Source: a virus
Lineage: Duplodnaviria; Caudoviricetes
IMG/VR virus record: IMGVR_UViG_3300029288_006559
Location: 1-64,000 of that record
DNA: 64,000 nucleotides
Reading direction: 5' to 3' (one strand)
Part shown: positions 58,201 to 64,000 of the stretch, one piece after another
How positions within the stretch are numbered: position 1 is the first letter of the stretch
Layout of the letters: every line of letters starts with the position of its first letter
Made by a program: the position numbers and the translations under genes
The notes under the pieces: model-generated
The model's database searches: none
Told to the model about the DNA's origin: nothing
The model's input: only the letters and a program-made list of their open reading frames with translations

Positions 58201-59029
58201 AGAAATAGACGGATCACAAATGGAATTCCGAACATGGATTAATTATTCTGAAGATCCGCAAGCTATTCGTGATTTGAAAACAGGTATTGATATTCATAAA
58301 CTTATGGCCGCAGCGGGGAAAGGTGTTGCCATTCCTCGTGGGGATATTACTTATGAGCAGTTTAAAGAGTTAGTTAAAGATGTTAAAAAAGACGAGAGAC
58401 AAAATGCTAAATTAGTAGTATTTGGAATTATGTATGGGCGTGGTGCAGAAAGCGTAGCAGAACAACTAGGTATTAGTAAGAGAGATGCACAGCATATAAT
58501 TAATCAGTTCTTTTCACGATATCCTAAAGCAAAAATGTGGTTACTACGTCAGCATACAAAAGCTAGAACTCAAGGATATGTTGAAAATTTGTTTGGTAGG
58601 AGAAGAAGATTACCTAATATTAATTCTAAAGATCAAGGTTTAAGGGCAGACGCTGAGAGACAAGCACAGAATAGTCCCATCCAAGGAGGAGCTTCCGATA
58701 TAGTTATGCGGGCGGGTATAAGAATCGCCCAATGGATGTGGGAAAATAATATAAAAGCCAGGATGGTATTGACTGTATACGATTCTTTGATATTTACTAT
58801 AGCGGATGAACATCTGGAGCAAGTAGCCAAAAAAGTTTATCACGAAATGAGTAATCCTCCTGAAGATGTGCGAATCGTAGTGCCTATTGAAGCTGAAATG
58901 AAAATAGGCAAAAATTGGGGGTCTTTACTTGAAGTAAACCCAGAAAAAGAAGCGTGGGAAAGCGTGTATAATAAGATAAAAGAATATATAATATTAACCG
59001 GACAAAAGAAAAAATTAACTGTAGAATAA
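55199..59029 (+). CDS. polA: family A DNA polymerase with N-terminal family-4 uracil-DNA glycosylase domain (SPO1-like) and intein
   Basis: CQGCDLC, GEAPG, CRPPEN, HPS (UDG); DAETTG, HNGSFD, YSPADA (exo); TGRISS, DGSQMEFR, KLVVFGIMYG, NSPIQG, VYDS. Confidence 0.93.
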   Translation: MIQERPKDCQGCDLCATRKKVVQSVFPDNVEVILVGEAPGCFPAGTFVYTPTGIVEIQNLQEGDVVLSSQGTPQIVKKCFKRESKSLVNLKLYGGYSLTATCNHSILVVPHKSCDFNGHGNHCYPCYTKVCKYSYYNGYKKVWKKTENITLNDWVIIPKIKSIVKEHCFDLKEFCEEKTNRGIPDEILLDADLAYVLGWYMAEGCLLYKPNVKNQQIAYGISFCLGKNDIKYVKKIREILFTKFKISSKYNAQTFCLHFHSKKVAQWIESLFGERVKAPYKRIPKVFFTSSFDVKASFLFGWYLGDGNHPTKDSRPYSISSSSKFAIYDASILFLSLGVLPTIRVEEVVGKMTPKKIKFNFDIYRICIKNADIVKLKWNLPTHNRVQRRVFWEDEDNFYIKICKIQKVQKITTVYNIETEDNTYCTPVIVHNSEEDRLGVPFVGRAGQLLDRVLKEVQIDRKEIGITNVVGCRPPENAKPTVKQAKACWPFVDKELRQIKPKLLVPMGDTAMNKIIPGMGRITKIRGQIFHSDEYNCTVIPTLHPSYVLRNEIELLPQIREDLRKVYAFMQGTLDQSRSPVEYCSVETQKQFDWLMEQLNEQPEWACDAETTGYDWQKDEVFMVSFSWQENTAVFIDFRNEFFVKNQDYVWKKLGEAFANSSKKIFHNGSFDIEFFMMKGCYVNNYYFDTLLAHHLVNENDFHGLEVLAAQYTDMAGYELPLLQYVKQNKIANYSEIPKDILYTYSPADADVTFRCYKKLLPLIYEQGLDRVMFTITMPAQILLIMTEFWGVSIDVPYLKRTLVKYNQMIKEQEDIIQTTPQVIEYEQEKKDKIWTEFRKKYNNSSSTVKNRFPTFDSYVQSRKADDLDYSFNPNSHLQLKELLIGRMKLPIIKYTKKGKKATTNPSLDAEVLEVYATKYKHKFCVALSRVSTLNHLKSTFLDGIKERLDGSNKVHTDYRVWGTKTGRISSKDPNLNNIPRTGTADDIKDIFCADPGEWMLEIDGSQMEFRTWINYSEDPQAIRDLKTGIDIHKLMAAAGKGVAIPRGDITYEQFKELVKDVKKDERQNAKLVVFGIMYGRGAESVAEQLGISKRDAQHIINQFFSRYPKAKMWLLRQHTKARTQGYVENLFGRRRRLPNINSKDQGLRADAERQAQNSPIQGGASDIVMRAGIRIAQWMWENNIKARMVLTVYDSLIFTIADEHLEQVAKKVYHEMSNPPEDVRIVVPIEAEMKIGKNWGSLLEVNPEKEAWESVYNKIKEYIILTGQKKKLTVE
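55319..56494 (+). mobile_element. intein (392 aa) with LAGLIDADG endonuclease in the UDG domain
   Basis: GEAPG|CFPAGT...VIVHN|SEED; LGWYMAEG and FGWYLGDG. Confidence 0.93.
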
Positions 59030-59044
59030 CGGAGTGTTTTATTT

Positions 59045-59401
59045 ATGGCTTACGATCGTAAAAAAGCAGAAGAACTTGTAAAAAAGGTTCTTGACAAACT
59101 TGATAAAAGTAATGCTGTTTATAAAGATGCTTATGTTTTGAATGATATTGCGAGAGAAACAGACGAAGAGCTCCTCGATATTATTGGTTGGCCTTTGATG
59201 GAAGTATTACGTCTTCAAGAAACTCTACAAAAGGTAATCTATTCAGCTGATAATATTTATTGGGAAAAATTTCTAAAGAATCAAAAGTTCGAGTTCTTGC
59301 AAATATTGCTTCATAGGATTGCTCAAGAACTTGGTAAGAGAGAAAGAGCAACAGAACAAGAACTCGTTACCTTACAAAGAGAGTTATTAGGTGCTGTATA
59401 G
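59045..59401 (+). CDS. hypothetical helical protein
   Basis: GGAG RBS. Confidence 0.6.
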   Translation: MAYDRKKAEELVKKVLDKLDKSNAVYKDAYVLNDIARETDEELLDIIGWPLMEVLRLQETLQKVIYSADNIYWEKFLKNQKFEFLQILLHRIAQELGKRERATEQELVTLQRELLGAV

Positions 59402-59898
59402 TGGATACTTTGCAAAAGCAAATACTTTACGATGTAGAGTGGCAGATTCTTCGTACTCAACTACTTTCTAAGAATAATTATACAGGTGGCTGGGCTTCTA
59501 CTTCTGGGGCTTCTATAAATCTTGAACGATTGAATAATTATTTAGGAGGAAATCCCAATCTTGTCAAAGTTTGGAGAGTGTTGAATCTTTTAGATGCTGT
59601 AAGGATGGGGTATAGTGGTCAGCAAAGAATAGGTTCTCCCCAAGATAAGTTAGTAAAGAGACAAAGGGATAAGCTAAGTAAGATATACAAAAAAATGTCT
59701 TCTATTTATACGTTTGAGATACCTTCTGAAGAAGAAACAATATCTGATATAAGAGAAGCTTCTGGAAGTGATTTACGTGATGTTTATAAAGATCTGTATA
59801 ATAGGTGGGATAAACATAGAAATTCTTTATATAGAAGTGAATTGAAACATTTTTTAGATCTTATTGAGAAATACAGACCAGAGATTATTAATTGTTAA
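59401..59898 (+). CDS. hypothetical protein
   Basis: Coupled 165-aa ORF. Confidence 0.6.
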   Translation: MDTLQKQILYDVEWQILRTQLLSKNNYTGGWASTSGASINLERLNNYLGGNPNLVKVWRVLNLLDAVRMGYSGQQRIGSPQDKLVKRQRDKLSKIYKKMSSIYTFEIPSEEETISDIREASGSDLRDVYKDLYNRWDKHRNSLYRSELKHFLDLIEKYRPEIINC

Positions 59899-59931
59899 AT
59901 TTTTGTATTGTTTCTACTGCTTTTTAATTAA

Positions 59932-61668
<1,737 letters not shown>

Positions 61669-61688
61669 TTCGCGTGTATATTATTAAT

Positions 61689-61752
61689 GTGGTATTTGTT
61701 TAATATAATGCCACCTCCTTTCTGACCCCCGTTTTTCTCGACGGGGGTTTTT
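61689..61752 (+). ncRNA. candidate small RNA with an anti-Shine-Dalgarno sequence
   Basis: Lies between the promoter motif at 61673 and a terminator; contains CACCTCCTTTCT. Confidence 0.35.
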
Positions 61753-61759
61753 ATTTTTT
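61725..61759 (+). terminator. intrinsic terminator after groEL
   Basis: ACCCCCGT-N8-ACGGGGGT followed by TTTTATTTTTT. Confidence 0.85.
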
Positions 61760-61778
61760 GCGTGTATTATATTAATGT

Positions 61779-61976
61779 ATGGATGCTATAAATTTGATAG
61801 GCCTTTCTGCTCGTGGAGAGTTTACCTCTTACAGTAATCGTTTCTTTTATGGAACAATTGCTAAAATTATCGGTGACAATATTACAATAAAAGGGAGTGT
61901 CGGAAAAGGTAAGTACAAAAAAATAAAATACTATGCATTTAATAAAAACAAAGTGAGGATATATAAAAATGGATGA
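61779..61976 (+). CDS. small basic hypothetical protein
   Basis: Directly after the CGTGTAT motif at 61761; possibly leaderless. Confidence 0.55.
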   Translation: MDAINLIGLSARGEFTSYSNRFFYGTIAKIIGDNITIKGSVGKGKYKKIKYYAFNKNKVRIYKNG

Positions 61977-62421
61977 TATAAATAACTACAGACAAAACCA
62001 TCCTGAATTAATTGTTAGAGACCTTTCTAAATTAGTTGATCCTGAAATCGTAAGGCATGTATTGAAATATAGAGGGGTAAATAAATGGTTGAGGGTAAGA
62101 AGGCTTTTGATTACCTTAAAACATAATTGGAAAGCCCGTTTAAATTTACTGAAACTTGCAAGGCAAGATGCGAAAGAAAAAAGAGATTGGAGAGCTTATC
62201 ACCGTCTTGGTGGTTATATGGAAGCTTTAGCTGATTGTAGGCAGCAGGTTAGAGCTTTGTGCCATTCTCCAAGAGATGTGGATTTTTCTACATCCCCAAA
62301 AGATTTTGGTGAAATTTGTGAATTACCTTCTGACTTTCCTTTCCGCCCTCATAAAAGATGGTTTTGGAGACATGATGGTTTGAAAGTAAAAGATAATGTA
62401 GTAGAAGGAGTTAGACAATGA
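61969..62421 (+). CDS. hypothetical protein
   Basis: Coupled ORF. Confidence 0.6.
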   Translation: MDDINNYRQNHPELIVRDLSKLVDPEIVRHVLKYRGVNKWLRVRRLLITLKHNWKARLNLLKLARQDAKEKRDWRAYHRLGGYMEALADCRQQVRALCHSPRDVDFSTSPKDFGEICELPSDFPFRPHKRWFWRHDGLKVKDNVVEGVRQ

Positions 62422-62990
62422 AAAAAGAACTAGACGAAGCGCTTTGTAAAAAATACCCAGAAATCTTTTGTGATAGAAATAAATCCCCCCAAGAGACCCT
62501 AATGTGCTTCGGGTTTGAGTGCGGAGACGGGTGGTACTATCTTATAGATAGTCTATGTGCTATGATTCAATGGAGTATTAACGGATCTAAAAAGCAGGCT
62601 GTGCGGGATGAAACGTTTAATAAAATGTTACTTGCTCTAAGAGCTGGGGATGATGTTCTTTTTAAAGAATATTATAGCTTTATAGAAGATCAAAAACGAT
62701 TGGAAAAATTAAAGGCTGAGACTCTAGCAAGGCCTGAAAGAGAAATCAAACCTGCCCATCAGGTTGTTGCTGTACAGGTAAAAGAAAAATTTGGAGGTTT
62801 AAGGTTTTATGTAAATAGTGCTAGTGTTGAAATTTACGCTATGCTAAATTTTGCAGAGCATTTATCTTACAGCATTTGCGAATTCTGTGGGAGTATGAAG
62901 AATATAAAACATTCCAAAGGATGGATTATAACAGCTTGTCAGGAATGTATTGATACACATGAAAATTTAAAAACCCGGATATGGGAGTAA
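62418..62990 (+). CDS. conserved phage protein with Zn motif
   Basis: GFECGDGW...QVKEKFGGLRFY...CEFCG. Confidence 0.75.
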   Translation: MKKELDEALCKKYPEIFCDRNKSPQETLMCFGFECGDGWYYLIDSLCAMIQWSINGSKKQAVRDETFNKMLLALRAGDDVLFKEYYSFIEDQKRLEKLKAETLARPEREIKPAHQVVAVQVKEKFGGLRFYVNSASVEIYAMLNFAEHLSYSICEFCGSMKNIKHSKGWIITACQECIDTHENLKTRIWE

Positions 62991-63772
62991 TGAATTTACA
63001 AGATATTATAGATAATTATAACGAGACTATTGAATACTTAACTCAACTATCTGCTTGGTACAATCATTCTCTTCAAATTTCCCCAGACATTCTTGATTAT
63101 TTGACCCAAAGGGGACTAACAAAAGAAACGATTGAACTCTTTCAGCTAGGTTATTCTCCTACGACAAAAACTACTTTATCTTTTTTAGAGTTAAATGAAC
63201 TTTCTGTTGACTCCTTTATCAGTACAGGTAATTTTCATTCTACTTCAGGTCTTATATTCGATAAATTTCAAAATAGAGTTGTATTTCCTATTTTTGATTT
63301 ACTAGGAGGGGTTGTAGGTTTTAGCGGTAGAACTTTGGAAAAGAACGTAACTACAAAGAAATATATAAATAGCCCCTCGAGTTTTGCCTATAAAAAATCT
63401 TTATCCTTGTACGGTCTGTATCAGTCTATTAATCAAATACAGTCTTACGATTTTGCAGTAGTTGTAGAGGGGAACATGGATGTATGTAAAGGATTTCAAG
63501 AAGGAGTTGACAATATTGTAGCCCCCTGCGGTACGGCTTTAAGACCAGAGCATTTGTTAATTCTTAAACACTTTACTTCTAATATTGTATGTTGTTTTGA
63601 TAGCGATACTGCAGGACAAAAGGCTGCTGTGAAAGCTCGACAACTGTGCAAAGACAATGATTGTAGTTTTTGGTCTATTTCTTTATCTGGTGCAAAAGAC
63701 CCAGATGAGTATATTGGTAAATATGGTGGAGAAGCTTTTAAAGATATTATTAATGAAGTTTTAAAAACATAA
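62981..63772 (+). CDS. dnaG: DnaG-type primase catalytic (Toprim) core lacking the zinc-binding domain
   Basis: YLTQRG, LGYSP, FQNRVVFPI, GFSGR, KYINSP, VEGNMD, CFDSDTAG, KDPDE. Confidence 0.9.
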   Translation: MGVMNLQDIIDNYNETIEYLTQLSAWYNHSLQISPDILDYLTQRGLTKETIELFQLGYSPTTKTTLSFLELNELSVDSFISTGNFHSTSGLIFDKFQNRVVFPIFDLLGGVVGFSGRTLEKNVTTKKYINSPSSFAYKKSLSLYGLYQSINQIQSYDFAVVVEGNMDVCKGFQEGVDNIVAPCGTALRPEHLLILKHFTSNIVCCFDSDTAGQKAAVKARQLCKDNDCSFWSISLSGAKDPDEYIGKYGGEAFKDIINEVLKT

Positions 63773-64000
63773 TGGAGAAAGATATGGATAAAAAGAAAAA
63801 CGTTCCTGTTGTTATTATAAACAATGGAAAAGAAGGTACGATCGAGGTACATAGATATAATTGGAGATTCAAACTATTTGGACCAGGGCCGAAAACTTTT
63901 CTCAGTTGCTGTTTTGCATCAGATGGAAAAGGTAAGGAATATGCTATTAACTATGCTAAACAACAGCTTTTTGGTAAGAGAGAGATTGTAGAGTATACTA
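63772..64000 (+). CDS. hypothetical protein (runs off the window)
   Basis: TAATG-coupled open frame MEKDMDKKKN... Confidence 0.5.
   Translation, partial: MEKDMDKKKNVPVVIINNGKEGTIEVHRYNWRFKLFGPGPKTFLSCCFASDGKGKEYAINYAKQQLFGKREIVEYT

Noticed and set aside
58640-58843. Overlapping minus-strand ORFs in polA
   Set aside because: Short antisense frames within a conserved gene.

Overview
AT-rich segment of a large (probably jumbo) dsDNA bacteriophage genome. Genes are tightly packed, all on the + strand, and read in standard code 11. No recognisable major virion genes are present. Layout: (1) 1-9.4 kb, small hypothetical and membrane genes, LemA plus a TPM-domain protein, and tRNA-Pro. (2) 9.4-30.3 kb, a ~21 kb glycan biosynthesis locus with nine glycosyltransferase-like genes (one intein-split), three methyltransferase-like genes, a Gmd-type dehydratase, three SDR-fold enzymes lacking the catalytic Tyr, an RmlC-type epimerase and two split ThDP-enzyme pairs (transketolase-like and truncated pyruvate dehydrogenase E1-like). 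This points to phage-made branched or higher-carbon sugars. (3) 30.3-64 kb, a sigma factor, an atypical initiator-like tRNA-Met, a radical SAM protein, class II RNR, and a dispersed 7-deazaguanine DNA-modification pathway (QueE, FolE2, a degenerate FolE2 paralogue, intein-containing QueC, DpdA/TGT-like). The same region holds an MT-A70 methylase, an RNA ligase, replication genes (SF2 helicase, DnaC, DnaB, split primase, UDG-PolA fusion) and GroEL. Four inteins, two promoter classes, three terminators and two candidate small RNAs are visible. All calls come from motif recognition by eye; no searches were run.
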